In this document: positions 10,727 through 23,283 of the stretch, in pieces
How positions within the stretch are numbered: the stretch's first letter is position 1
How the letters are laid out: the number at the start of each line of letters is the position of its first letter
From: Macrostomum lignano
Taxonomy: Eukaryota
Length of the DNA stretch: 64,000 nt
Assembly: GCA_002269645.1 (NCBI GenBank)
Contig: NIVC01002443.1
Span: 109,228 to 173,227 of the forward strand
Direction: 5' to 3'
The notes under the pieces: model-generated
Told to the model about the DNA's origin: nothing
Database searches by the model: none
Seen by the model: the letters and a program-made list of their open reading frames with translations, nothing else
Translations under genes and position numbers: made by a program

Positions 10727-13700
10727 ATGGCGACGAGTTCAAATGGACGGATTCCGGAGCTCACACAAGACTCCGACTTCGAGATTTACGCGGAGAGAAT
10801 GGAGCAGTATTTCATCTGCAACAAGGTCGAGTCCACCGAGGCCAAGCGCGCTACATTTCTCACTGCCATTGGAGAGAAAAACTACAAACTGCTTCGGGAC
10901 CTGTGCCATCCGGACAAGCTGACCACTAAGACATTCGAGCAACTCAGAGACGTCCTTAAGAACCACTGCTCACCTGCTCCTTCCGAGATTGCTGCCAGAT
11001 TCAAGTTTCAGCGCAGGATGCAGCAAGAAGGCGAATCGTTCACAGTCTTCCTGGCAGGTCTCAAGTCTGCGGCGGTGCACTGAAATTTCGGCTCAACACT
11101 GAATGAGCGACTTCGTGATCAGCTGGTATTTGGCATGAGTAGCGATGCAATGCGCTCCAAGTTGTTGGAGAGTGCGAACAACTCCTACGAGGCGCTGACT
11201 ACCCTGGCTATTTCCTTGGAGACTTCGCAGAGATCTTCAAGCGAAATGTCGCTACTGTCGTCTACACACCGAGTCACGGCTCAACCAGCTGCGACCGCAC
11301 GCCCCAGCAGCAGGCAAGCCAACTCGTTGAGACCATCTGCCGGCGCGGCATCGCCCAAGACTAACCGTTGCGACAGCTGCGGAGGCTCTCATTCGCGACA
11401 GACACCGCAGCGCCAAGTGCCACGGCTGCGGCAGGCTCGGTCATCTCAAGAAGGTCTGCCGTTCATCCAATGCTTCCATCAAGATGGTAGACGAGTCTGA
11501 CTCCGCCACAGAGGACGAACAGGAGGAGGAGCCCATCTTCCACGTATCGAGCGCCTCCCGGTCGGCCATCATGGTGCCTCTGCAGGTGGAAAAGACGCTG
11601 ACGCAGTTTGAGCTGGACACCGGATCAGCTGTCAGCTTGGCACCAAAGTCCTTCTACGACCAGCATCTCAGCCACCTACCGCTGCGCCCATCGAGGACCA
11701 CACTGCGTACCTACACTGACCAGGAGTTTTGCCCGCTCGGCGAGGTGACTGTCAGTATCAACTATGAGGGACAGTCCTATGCGCTGCCACTGCTCATCGT
11801 GTCCGAAGGCGGCGCTCGGCTCCTTGGCCGCAACTGGCTGACGGCCATCCGACTGGACTGGCCCCGCTTGACTGCTCCAGTCAACGCCGTAGCGGAGAAC
11901 CCCAACGACATCGCTGCAGAAATAATTCAGCAGTTTCCAGACGTCTTCGCGGACAACCTGGGCAAGTACCGACTGGGGGAGGTGAAGTTGCACGTCCAGG
12001 ACAGCGCCACGCCCCGTTTCTACAAGGCCCGGCCAGTACCTTACGCCCTGCGTGACAGCGTAGACAAGGAACTGCAGCGAATGGAAGCAGAGGGCGTCAT
12101 CACTCCAATCACCACCTCCGACTGGGCGGCGCCGATTGTTCCGGTCGTTAAGAAGGATGGCTCGGTGCGCATATGCGGAGACTACAAATGCACCTTCAAC
12201 CGCGTGGCCAAGCAGGAGCACTATCCATTGCCGAGGATCGAGGACCTGTTCGCACGGCTGGGCGGCGGCTACAAGTGGAGCAAGCTCGACCTGGCCAAGG
12301 CGTTTATGCAGCTGCCGATCTCCGAGGATAGCAAGCAGTTCCTCGTCGTCAACACCCAGCGAGGACTGTTTCAAGTCAACCGCTTGCCCTTCGGCATCTG
12401 CTCGGCCAGCGCCATCTTCCAGCGCGTGCTCGACACCCTGGTGGGGCACCTCGACGGTGTTCAAGTCTACCAGGATGACATCTTGGTGACGGGCTCTACA
12501 TTGGCTGCGCACAAGGCCAACCTGATGCAAGTGCTGCACAAGCTGCAAGAGGCCGGTCTGCACATCAACGTGACCAAGTGCGCCTTCTTCAGAGATTCGA
12601 TCGACTACCTGGGTCACCGGATCGACCGTCACGGTTTGCGGCCACTCGCTGACAAGATCGAGGCCGTGCAGCGTGCGCCGGCGCCGACCGATGTGAGTCA
12701 GGTGCGCTCCTACCTGGGCATGCTGACTCACTATGCAAAGTTCCGGCCCAACTTGGCGTCGGTTGTAGCACCTCTCAACCACCTGCTTACCAAGGGCGCA
12801 ACTTGGAAGTGGGGCGATCCCGAGGACCAGGCCTTCCGTGCTTCAAAGCAGCTGTTGCTGGACTCTGGTGCCCTGATGCACTTCAACCCGGACTTGCCTC
12901 TTCGGCTGGAGTGCGACGCGTCAGCATACGGCATTGGCGTCGTGCTCAGCCACCGCGTGAACGGCCAAGACCAAGCGATCGCGTTCGCCAGCAAGTCTCT
13001 GACCTCAGCCCAGCGCAATTACTCCCAGCTGGACAAGGAGGCGCTGGCAATCATCTGCGGCGTGCAGCGCTTTCACCAATTTCTTTACGGTCGCCACTTC
13101 ACCATCGTGACGGATCATCGGCCGCTCCTCGGACTGCTGGGCCCGGACAAGGAAATCCCGACGCGCGCTGCTGCCAGAATGCAGAGGTGGGCCATCCGAC
13201 TATCGGGCTACCAGTACTCCATGGAGTTCCGGCCGACCGAGAAGCATGGAAACTGCGATTCCCTCTCCCGCCTGCCGCTCAAGGGCAACTTCGTCGAAGA
13301 AGCCGCGGTACACTCGCTCACTCTAGAGGACGATTCGAGCGTCGCAGTGACTGCTGCTGCCATTGCCAAGGCAACTCAAGCCGACACGGCACTGTCAAAG
13401 CTGCTGTGGGCCCTGCGGTCGGGACAGGAGCTGCCAGCTAACGACTTCCCGGACTTCGCCCATCGTCAAGCAGAGCTTTCAGTCGAAGCCGGTTGTGTGC
13501 TGATGGGATCTCGCGTCGTTATCCCGGACACCCTGCGCAAGTCGGTGCTGCGGGAGCTGCATCTGGCACATCCCGGTGCGAGCCGAATGAAGGCCCTCGC
13601 ACGGAGCTTCGTCTGGTGGCCTGGGCTAGACAAGGAACTAGAGCAGCTCGGGAGAGAGTGCGACACCTGCAGAGCTCATCAGGCAGACCCAGCAAAGGCT

Positions 13701-14675
13701 CCAGTGCATCCCTGGCTGTTCCCCAACGAACCATGGAGCCGCCTACATGTCGACTTTGCCGGCCCAGTCAACGGTCGAGTGTACATAGTCATTGTCGACG
13801 CCTACAGCAAATGGCCCGAAGTTCGCCTCATCAGCGACACGTCTGCTGGCGGGACCATCGGGCATCTCCGTGACGTATTCTGCCACTTGGGCCTGCCAAG
13901 GATTCTCGTCTCCGACAACGGCCCCCTGTTCGCCTCTCGTGAGTTCGCTGACTTCATGCGTAGCAACGGGATCCGGCACGTGACTTCAGCGCCCTACCAC
14001 CCGGCCACCAACGGACAGGCCGAAAGATTCGTGCAGACGCTGAAATCTCACATCAGGAAGTCGGGTCACTCAGCGGAAGCCATGCAGCGCTTCCTGTTTG
14101 CCTACCGGATCACGCCGCATTCGAGCACCGGTCCCTCACCAAGCGAACTGCTATTCGGACGTCGCCTGCGATCCCGGCTGGACCTCCTGCGACCGTCCCT
14201 GACTGAACAGATGCGACACCGTCAGAGTGCGAGCACCGACTCGACGCCCCGCCAAGCCCGGTCCTTCGAAGTTGGTGACACCGTGCGAGTGAAGACCTTC
14301 GGCAAGGATGCCGGCTGGCGGCCCGGCCTCGTCATGGCGGCGGGCAAGCGCAACTACGATGTCAAGGTCGGCGAGGGCATCGTCCAGCGCCACATCGACC
14401 AACTCCTGCCAGAGCAGCGTCAGCAGCCTCCAGTAGTACCGGCTGTCGCGGCACCCGACCGAGTACCACCGTCAATCTCCGAACCGACACCGCGGTCTGA
14501 GGTGGGCCCGGACAGCTCAACTTCGGAGACTTCGGCAGCGGCCCCGACAGCTGCTCTCGCTGGACCTGCTCCTGCTCCGATCATGGAAGTCGCCGGACAG
14601 CACGCCGGAGCAATGCGCCGATATCCAGAACGCATACGGCTCGCGCCTGCCAGGTTTCAGGCGGGCAGTGATTGA
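10727..14675 (+). pseudogene. gag-pol polyprotein with a nonsense codon (11081-11083) and a frameshift (~11404)
   Basis: Gag YAERMEQYF...H*NFGSTLNERLRDQLVFG; double zinc knuckle CDSCGGSH.. / CHGCGRLGHLKKVC; protease LDTGSAVS; RT YQDD; RNase H ECDASAYGIG; integrase H-H-C-C and D,D,E (HVDFAGP, VSDNGP, NGQAER). Pol ORF 11484-14675 is intact. Confidence 0.93.
10728..10737 (+). promoter_or_regulatory. Primer-binding site, probably tRNA-Ser(GCU)
   Basis: TGGCGACGAG, 1 nt after the LTR, is complementary to the 3' end CUCGUCGCCA of metazoan tRNA-Ser(GCU) as I recall it. Confidence 0.7.
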
Positions 14676-14758
14676 ACCTTGTGACACTGACTTGACTCAC
14701 AAACTAATCTTGAATCACCATGCTTTTTTTCGAGTTTTAACTCCCTGTGGGGAGGAAG

Positions 14759-15037
14759 TGTCGTGTAGCTACCAGTATGTGCATGCACTCAGTACGAGTA
14801 TTGATTTGTATTTGTACTTTCCTATTATTTCTTTCTCTATTATTATCTATGCAAGCTTGGCACGTTAGGTTTGAGTTATTGCTATTTGAGTTATGGGCAA
14901 ATTGTGTACGCTTAAATTATGTCATCACTCTCGCGCACGTAGCATCGCTTTACAATATAAATACAGACATCAGAGCTTTGATAGCTCTCTCGTAGTCTTC
15001 AACCACTTTAAACAAGCAGCATAGCTGATTTACCACA
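14759..15037 (+). repeat. 3' LTR (279 bp), preceded by polypurine tract 14749-14758
   Basis: Copy of the 5' LTR; GGGGAGGAAG lies immediately upstream. Confidence 0.97.
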
Positions 15038-15224
15038 ATTTTGACAGCATTTATGACGCTCTTCTTGTTGTTCCAATGTAAATAGGCTATATTTAGGAAT
15101 GCAGTGGCTTCGCAGTTTTGACACTTGGATAACAGCGACTATATGAGCATAGTCGTAACCACTTTGTTGTAACCACTTTTAAACAATTATTTACAGCCAG
15201 TATTCAGTGTGTTTTATATAACTA

Positions 15225-15620
15225 TTCACCTACCTAACTATACCTACCTGATTATCTGCTTAACTCCCTAACCCTCCTAACAAATCTAATTTTCCCCTAC
15301 CTAACTTACTAGCCAACTAACCTACAATCTAGCTACCTCCTATATGTACTTGCAAAAGCTGCCGACCTATCTGTGCCCGTCCAACTACCTACTTACCAAC
15401 CTACCAACGTATCTATTTACTTACCTGTCTACTAATATACCCTTACCTACTTATTACCTGCCTACTAATATACCTACTACTAACCAACCTACTAATATAC
15501 ATACCTACCTACCTATCTATCTATCTACGTACCTACCTACTGTAACTACCTACCTACCTACCTACCTACCTACTTACCTCCTACCTACCTATCTACCTCG
15601 CCTATCTACCAACCAACATA
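15225..15620. repeat. Degenerate (TACC)n microsatellite
   Basis: ctacctacctac runs; explains ORF 15344..15640. Confidence 0.85.
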
Positions 15621-16121
15621 TAGTCAATGCTTATCTATAAAACCTATCAACCTACTAAGCCAATCTACAGTAACCTAGTAATGTAATAAATATATAAATA
15701 ATGAAACTGAATTGTCAAGCGCACGACTTCACCTTCTTTAAACTATTAGTTTTAGCCCGTCCAAAATGAGCCATCATTCGTTGTTAATTCAACCGCACTT
15801 GCCCTCGCCCTTAAGTCAGGCGAATTCTCAGCAGGGTAAACTTAAAATTGTTGGGAAATGCTTGTTCGCATGAACTCAGCTAGCATTGAGGGCGCACTCT
15901 AAAATCTCTCAGAATTCTCTACTGAATGTACACTGGAGTTGCTGGATTCTCTGCACCACTTCAGATTTGGACAGCCTAATATTAATAGACGAACTGAAAG
16001 ATTCAAATAGCAACATTTATAAGCGTTTATATTGTTGAATTGTTTTATAAGACGTTCAAATATGCACACCGGCCCCTTGTGAAGCGATCGGCCCGTGGAG
16101 TACCTGGTTTTATCTCTAGGC

Positions 16122-16350
16122 CAAGGGGTAGGCCAACTTTGGCCAACAAAGCCTCTCTATCCGGCCCTCGGGTCCTTTGAAACTTTAAAATAGCAATCCG
16201 ACCAGCTCAAGATCTCTTCTCTCCTTTCTCGTCTCATCTTCTTCTTCTTATCTCCTCTCCTTTCTTCCCTTACTTGGCCCGCAGCCATGAGCTTTTTTGA
16301 GCGACATAAAAAACAAAAAAGCAGAATTGGTTGTGGAATACGAGCTAGTT
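16122..16350 (-). mobile_element. hAT-like non-autonomous element fragment with CT/GA-rich interior
   Basis: Reverse complement (gattgctattttaaagtttcaaaggacccgagggccggata) matches the right end of the element at 51921-52463; right boundary uncertain. Confidence 0.5.
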
Positions 16351-16727
16351 TATATAAAATTAACAAGAATAATAAAAGAAAAGCTTTGCACAGAGAGTTG
16401 AGACACTCGCAGCACTTAAGAGAGATGGAGAGATAGAGAGAAGATGACTCAACATCTAGTTGCAGTGTTGTTTTGTTGTTCTCTAAGTCTCCATGGGTTG
16501 AAAAACTTAATGGCGGTGCACAATATAGCAGTCCAGAGGCTTTCTCAAGGTGAGATAAAGGTGAGTGAAAAAGCTCATATCGTAGCCTCAGCCCTTGACA
16601 AATAACAAACTCGAGGCCAAGGTTTTTTCGGTCGTATAAAGCGATGCTTTTCAAAACAGTCTATTTAAAGGAAAGCAACCTTTGACTGCTCGTACAGCAT
16701 TGAATTTTTTTGTCCTCTGCTCGTACA

Positions 16728-19700
16728 ATGGCAGACAACCGAGTGTCACCTTTGTCCGAGTCGCCCCCGCCATCGACGCCGTCGCCTCAGCCGCCGCACT
16801 CGCCTGTACCTTCAACTCGAGTCCGCCCGAAGACCGCCGCGTCTGTGAGCAGCTCTCAGAGTCCCCCGAAGGTGGACAGTCGCGCCTCAAGTGCCCGCCG
16901 AGTCCGACATGGCGATTTTGTTCAAAGTCCGCCGCCGAGCTCCAAGCAGGACAGCTTTGTCCAAGCAGAAGACACAAAGACTGGAGCAGCTGCCGCACCT
17001 GTTGAAGCTGGAACTTTTGGCAGTGCTGAAAGTGTCGGTAAAGATGCACCGATGGTTGGAGAAGAAAAAACTAAGCCAGCTAGGCCTAAAATGATGGGCA
17101 AGGGGTTATCATCGATGCAGTTGCGGACTCTGAGCTCGGCGGAGCAGCGAAAATTGGTGAGGGACTGGTTGTTAAGTCACTTCAGAAATGCGTGATTTAT
17201 GATTTTTAAGTAAGAAGGAATTGATTTCATAGTCCAGTTACTTCAATAAATAGAAACGTCATTCCTTGGAATAGTCACATGAGTCAGAGACACGTCACTC
17301 CTGGAATTAGTCACATCAAAGACACGTCATTACTGGAATTAGTCACATCAGAGACACGTCATTCCTGGGATTAGTCACATCAAAGACACGTCATTCCTGG
17401 GATTAGTCACATCAAAGACACGTCATTCCTTTGAATAGTCACATCAAAGACACGTCATTCCTGGGATTAGTCACATCAAAGACACGTTATTCCTGGGAAT
17501 AGTCACATCAAAGACACGTTATTCCTGGGATTTGTCACATCAAAGACACGCCATTCCTGGGATTTGTGACACATCATCAAAGACACGTCATTCCTGGGAT
17601 TAGTCACATCAAAGACACGCCATTCCAGGAATTAGCCACATCAGAGACTACTAATTTCAGGGATTTAAGAGACATTATCACAAAAGAACCATGGTCAGTC
17701 CAACCCTTAGCAATAAATAAATACTTCAGTTCTTCCACTCGGTACGCGAAGGCAACACAGACTTAGTATTGATGCTGATCAAGAACGACTCGTCTCTAGT
17801 GTCGGAGCTGGACGACCAGCTCATGAGTGGCCTACATTACGCTGTCAAAAGCGACAGAGTTGGCGTGGTGGCCGCCCTCATTCAAGCCGGCGCCAACGTC
17901 AACATGAAAGGTCGCGAAGGCTCGAGGCCGCTGCACGTCGCGGCAAATTTCAATCAGATCGGCGCGTTAAAAGAGCTTTTGAGCAGTCGGAAGGTTCGGG
18001 TGGACGCTACGGACGATCGAGGCCAGACTGCTCTGCACGTGGCTTGTAGAAGAAACCACGAGGAGGTTGTTCAGGTGAGTTAATGAGGCATAATTGCTGA
18101 ATATAATCTCTGTGTCACATTATTACAAACAAACGTTTATTTCAGATCCTCCTTGGTCACAAAGCGAATCCCCAGCTAAAGGAGCTGGATGGCACCAGCG
18201 TGTTGCATCTGCCTTCGCGTAGAAACAATCTGCAATTGTGTCAGATTTTGGTGAGTTGCTTTCGTTGCAGAGTTTTCATTTCTATTACTCCAACGTGTGT
18301 TACTGCGTGTCTAACACACCAATTTTTGCGTGTCTAACACACCGATTTCTCCGTGTTTATCATACTGATTTCTGTGTCTAAGATACTGATATATGCGAAT
18401 CTAACACACCGAGTTCTGCGTGTCTTACTGTTATCAAACACATTATGAGGTTTTTACTATGATTGGTGTAAAGTTTATGCAATTTGAGTCAAGTACTGAA
18501 ACTTATTAACGCATTTCGTTTTGTTAAAACTGGTAGACAAACGACACCGCTCTGATCTCGTGTCGAGACAAGCACGGAGTGACACCACTGATGGTAGCGG
18601 CCTCGGAGAGCGGAGAAGAGTTGTTGAGCCATTTTGTTAGCGTTTGTAAGTTGAAAACATATCTTTTTATCATAAATACGATTGTTGTATACAATAAAGC
18701 ATCTCATCCTAATGTGCTTGATTAGGCAAACTAAGCGACAAGAACATCGTTCAGATGCTAAACATAAAAGACGCCGAAGGCAACTCTGCAATGCACTACG
18801 CTGCTAGAAGTGACAAACCTTCAGTGAGTTTGTACTTCATCATTTTCCTAAAATTAAGACTATGACAAGTTTAAAGTATAAAGATAGAACATTCTAATGT
18901 ATATTTTAGATGATCCAGGGACTGAAAAACTGCGGAGCTGATATCAACATCAGGAATGTAAGTTTCTTTTAGCGAGATCGGGGATCAGTGTAAGAGAAAG
19001 TTATTAAAGGTCACTTCAGGGAGAGGTCACTTCAGGGACAGGTCACTTCAGGGACAGGTCACTTCAGGGACAGGTCACTTCAGGGACAGGTCACTTCAGG
19101 GACAGGTCACTTCAGGGACAGGTCACTTCAGGGACAGGTCACTTCAGGGACAGGTCACTTCAGGGACAGGTCACTTCAGGGACAGGTCACTTCAGGGACA
19201 GGTCACTTCAGGGACAGGTCACTTCAGGGACAGGTCACTTCAGGGACAGGTCACTTCAGGGACAGGTCACTTCAGGGACAGGTCACTTCAGGGACAGGTC
19301 ACTTCAGGGACAGGTCACTTCAGGGACAGGTCACTTCAGGGACAGGTCACTTCAGGGACAAGTCACTTCAGGGACAGGTCACTTCAGGGACAGGTCACTT
19401 CAGGGACAGGTCACTTCAGGGACAGGTCACTTCAGGGACAGGTCACTTCATAGAAACATATCACTTCAGGGATAGGTCACTTCAAGGAAAGGTCTCACTT
19501 CAGGGCCAATGTTTCTTTAAGAAGTCCAAAACCTCAAGAGAATGTCTGTTCACCCAACGGTTAGTATCTCCGAGCGTATTTTCTCTCTAATAAATTTTCT
19601 CAGTTAGAGAACTCAACGCCTCTACACGCCGCATCTGCTCTTGGTCACAAAGAATCCGTGATGAAACTGCTCGAACTTGGAGCCGATCCGAATCAGCAGG

Positions 19701-21051
19701 ACAAACTAGGCAGGACACCGCTGCACAGGTGAGATTTAAAAAACCAATTTTTTTACAATCTACAATCCGATTTGATGACCAAAAGCTTCTAATTAACCGA
19801 ATGACATTGGCAAATTTCAGTTGCGCCATCTCCAAGCAAGAAGAAATTTGCGGAATTTTACTAAAGGCTGTAAGTTCAAATTTATGTGGACACATTTGCA
19901 GAAGACATTGCACCCCGAACGCATGTGGCAATCCCACTGCACGGAACGCAGTGGCTGGCTTTGACAAACCTAGCATATAACACATCACGTGACCAAATCC
20001 TCGTCCAGGGCTCCGACCCGCAAGCAGCGGACGCTGAGTTCATGACGCCGTTCCATTGGGCCTGCCGTCGAAACCAGCTGAACGAGGCCGCACATCTGGC
20101 GGACGCCGATCTCGATGTGATCGCTGCGACGGACATCCAGATGCGAACCGGGCTGCACTGGGCTGTGCTGGCTGGCTCCATCGAGCTGGTCAACTATCTG
20201 CTGGACAAAGCTGCTGAGCTGCCGGAAGGTTGCGAGACGGTGTTGAACGCCAGCGACGCGCAGGACAAGTACCCGGTGCACTACGCCGTGGAGGTTGGCA
20301 ACACCGAGGTGAGCTGACTCATCGACAGCGATTCTTTCATAAGTGTCACGTCTCAGAACTGTCTTAGCAGCGCCGGTTTTTGGGATGATGTCGCCGACTT
20401 TTGCAGGTAAAATTTATCTCCTCTCACGCAGCTTCTTGTCGCTCTGTTGTCCCGCGGTGCGGACTTCCACGTGGTGGACATGGAGGGCCGGACTCCGGTC
20501 CAGTTGGCCGTCAAGATGGGCTGCATTGAATTGGTGCAAAAAATCTTCGAGCACAGCGAGAAACTCAAGCATCAGGCTTTGAAGCATCGCGACATGTCGG
20601 GCATGACGAGCCTGCTCATTGCGGCTGAGCAGGGCCACTCCGAGCTGTTCGATTATCTGCTTGAGCAGGGCGCCGATTTCATGGTCAAGTAAGACGGCCA
20701 ATCTTCCGCTATTTGAGTAGGTTGAATATCTTAGATTCTGCATAGAATAGTCAATCTTGACCTCATAAAACCTTCTGATCGATTACGTAGAGACGAGATC
20801 GGTCGTACCGCCCTGATGCTCAGCGTTGGCAGCGGACATCACGAAATTGCGAGCGTCATGATTGACAAGGGCGTGGATGTCAACGCGTCCGACAGTAGCA
20901 GAGTGAGTGACGTATCGATTGGTGATCTATTAGTGCTCTATTAGTGATATAATAGTGATCTATTAGTAATCTATTAGTGATTTATTCACTTATTGATTTA
21001 TATTTATATATTAATATCAAGTTTCATATATTTATTTATAGATGGATCTAC

Positions 21052-21134
<83 letters not shown>

Positions 21135-22815
21135 CCGCGCCCATTGGCTTTCCAGCTGCCTTAATCGTTTCCGGTGATCTTGTGTGCGTGCTTTCAGCTT
21201 GATTGGCTGCGGCAAGCAAGCTCGAAAGAGCTCGCTTCGCTGGCTCTTTCTCGCTATCTACTATCTATAGCCAGGACCTGCACCGGAGCGGTTACGAAAA
21301 TTAGATTTCTAGGTAGTTGCACGTACTCTTTTGCACTACTTGAGTAGTCTGATTTTCGTTCGGCATGGCTGGTTCCAGCAGGTAGTTCCTCTGGATAAAA
21401 GCGCTTACCGCGCCCATTGGCTTTCCAGCTGCCTTGATCGTTTCCGGTGATCTTGTGTGCGTGCTTTCAGCTAGATTGGCTGCAGAAAGCAAGCTCGAAA
21501 GAGCTCGCTTCGCTCGCTCTTTCTCGCTATCTACTATCTATCTATCTATCTATCTATCTACTGTTTGCACGAATCCTCTCACTCAGAACACGGCCCTGCA
21601 CTACGCGTGCAAGCACGAAGACTCGGACGCCAGCTGCGTCGAGTTGCTACTGAAGAACGGAGCCCAACTGCAGCAGAATTACAACGGCGAGACACCTGTA
21701 GACGTTGCCGTGCTTAACAACAACAACCCAGCTATTCAGCTGTTCTTCTCCGACGCACAGTGAGCAAACGCTGTCGATCTATGAATTGACAACCGGGGGC
21801 TTGGGGCGTGTTTTGTTCCAGATGGAGTCACAATTTATACATGAATTTTCAACTCGGCAACACACATAGAGTACTAGAAGTTAATTCGATTTTACGGTTC
21901 AACGTCCTTCTAACCTCGTACTTGAACTGTCCACAAGTGCTTCACAAGTTCAATGCCTCACTTTGCAATCGATGAATTCGTTTTTACAGTCGAAACTGGG
22001 TCATGACCTATCGAAAAGAGAACGGATACACTCACCTTGACGTGCTGATTCAGCACTCGCCTCAAACTGCCGAGGTACGCTACAGTAATGTTTCAGGAAT
22101 CAACTTTCAATACGTCGCATATAAACTGTCAGTTAATTAAAAATCTATCACGGATTTTTCAGCTGATTCTCAACCAAGCCATGACTGAATCTGGCGCCGA
22201 TCATATGGACAAGAACTTCATGGTGAGCAATACGCTTTAATATATTCTGTTATTACTACTTATAATAGGATTGGTTAGTAATGGGCAAGGGAGATTTCTA
22301 TCGCTTCTCAATTGCAAGGTTAATTTCATCTAAACAATACATTGTAATAGCGTCAAAAGCATTTTAATGTGCACCTGACGGGAAATCTAGGGCCGATGTA
22401 CATAATGTACACCCTGTGATAAGTTCTAGTTTGTTTACGACTAGCTGCAGGGGAGCTAATCGTAATGTATTAACGAAAATGAAGAATTAATGTACGGCAA
22501 CCCCAGTACTTCAGCACGAGATTTAAATTTAGTCATTAGTGACTCACATTTATGACTCGCCTCGGCTATATATGAACACGCGGCAGGTTGTCTACAACTT
22601 CACGGATTTGGATCCTGGACCCGACGACCCGGCATCCGCGCATCGCCGCTACCTGGCCCTGCGGACTATGGTGAAGCGGAGGCGGGTGGAACTGCTCGAG
22701 CATCCGGTTTGCCAGGCTCTGATCGAATCCAAATGGTAATTCTGTGGCTTCCTTTTCGACAGAAGGGAAAGGCTTCTGTACGTGTATGTGCGTGAAAGCC
22801 AGACAGAAAGACACT

Positions 22816-22849
<34 letters not shown>

Positions 22850-22900
22850 CTAAGACAGACACTAAGACAGACTGACAGACAGACAGACAGACAGACAGGC

Positions 22901-22936
<36 letters not shown>

Positions 22937-23008
22937 TGACAGACAGACAGACACTAAGACAGACACTAAGACAGACTGACAGACAGACAGACACTAAGAC
23001 AGACACTA

Positions 23009-23041
<33 letters not shown>

Positions 23042-23042
23042 C

Positions 23043-23097
<55 letters not shown>

Positions 23098-23118
23098 CAC
23101 AGACAGACAGACAGACAC

Positions 23119-23177
<59 letters not shown>

Positions 23178-23178
23178 C

Positions 23179-23221
<43 letters not shown>

Positions 23222-23222
23222 C

Positions 23223-23283
<61 letters not shown>

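Larger units (their letters stand above)
10447..15037 (+). mobile_element. Full-length Ty3/Gypsy LTR retrotransposon, Mag-like
   Basis: LTRs 10447-10726 and 14759-15037 (TG...CA; 2 substitutions and 1 indel); 5-bp TSD ATTTT (10442-10446, 15038-15042); PBS TGGCGACGAG; PPT GGGGAGGAAG; domain order PR-RT-RH-IN. Confidence 0.97.

Noticed and set aside
11081-11083. Programmed read-through of the gag TGA
   Set aside because: It is mid-capsid at an expected Cys rather than at the gag-pol boundary, and a separate frameshift follows; a nonsense mutation or error is simpler.
11676-14635. Antisense and alternate-frame ORFs over pol (e.g. 11676..12782, 12803..13441)
   Set aside because: Shadows of GC3-rich pol codon usage.
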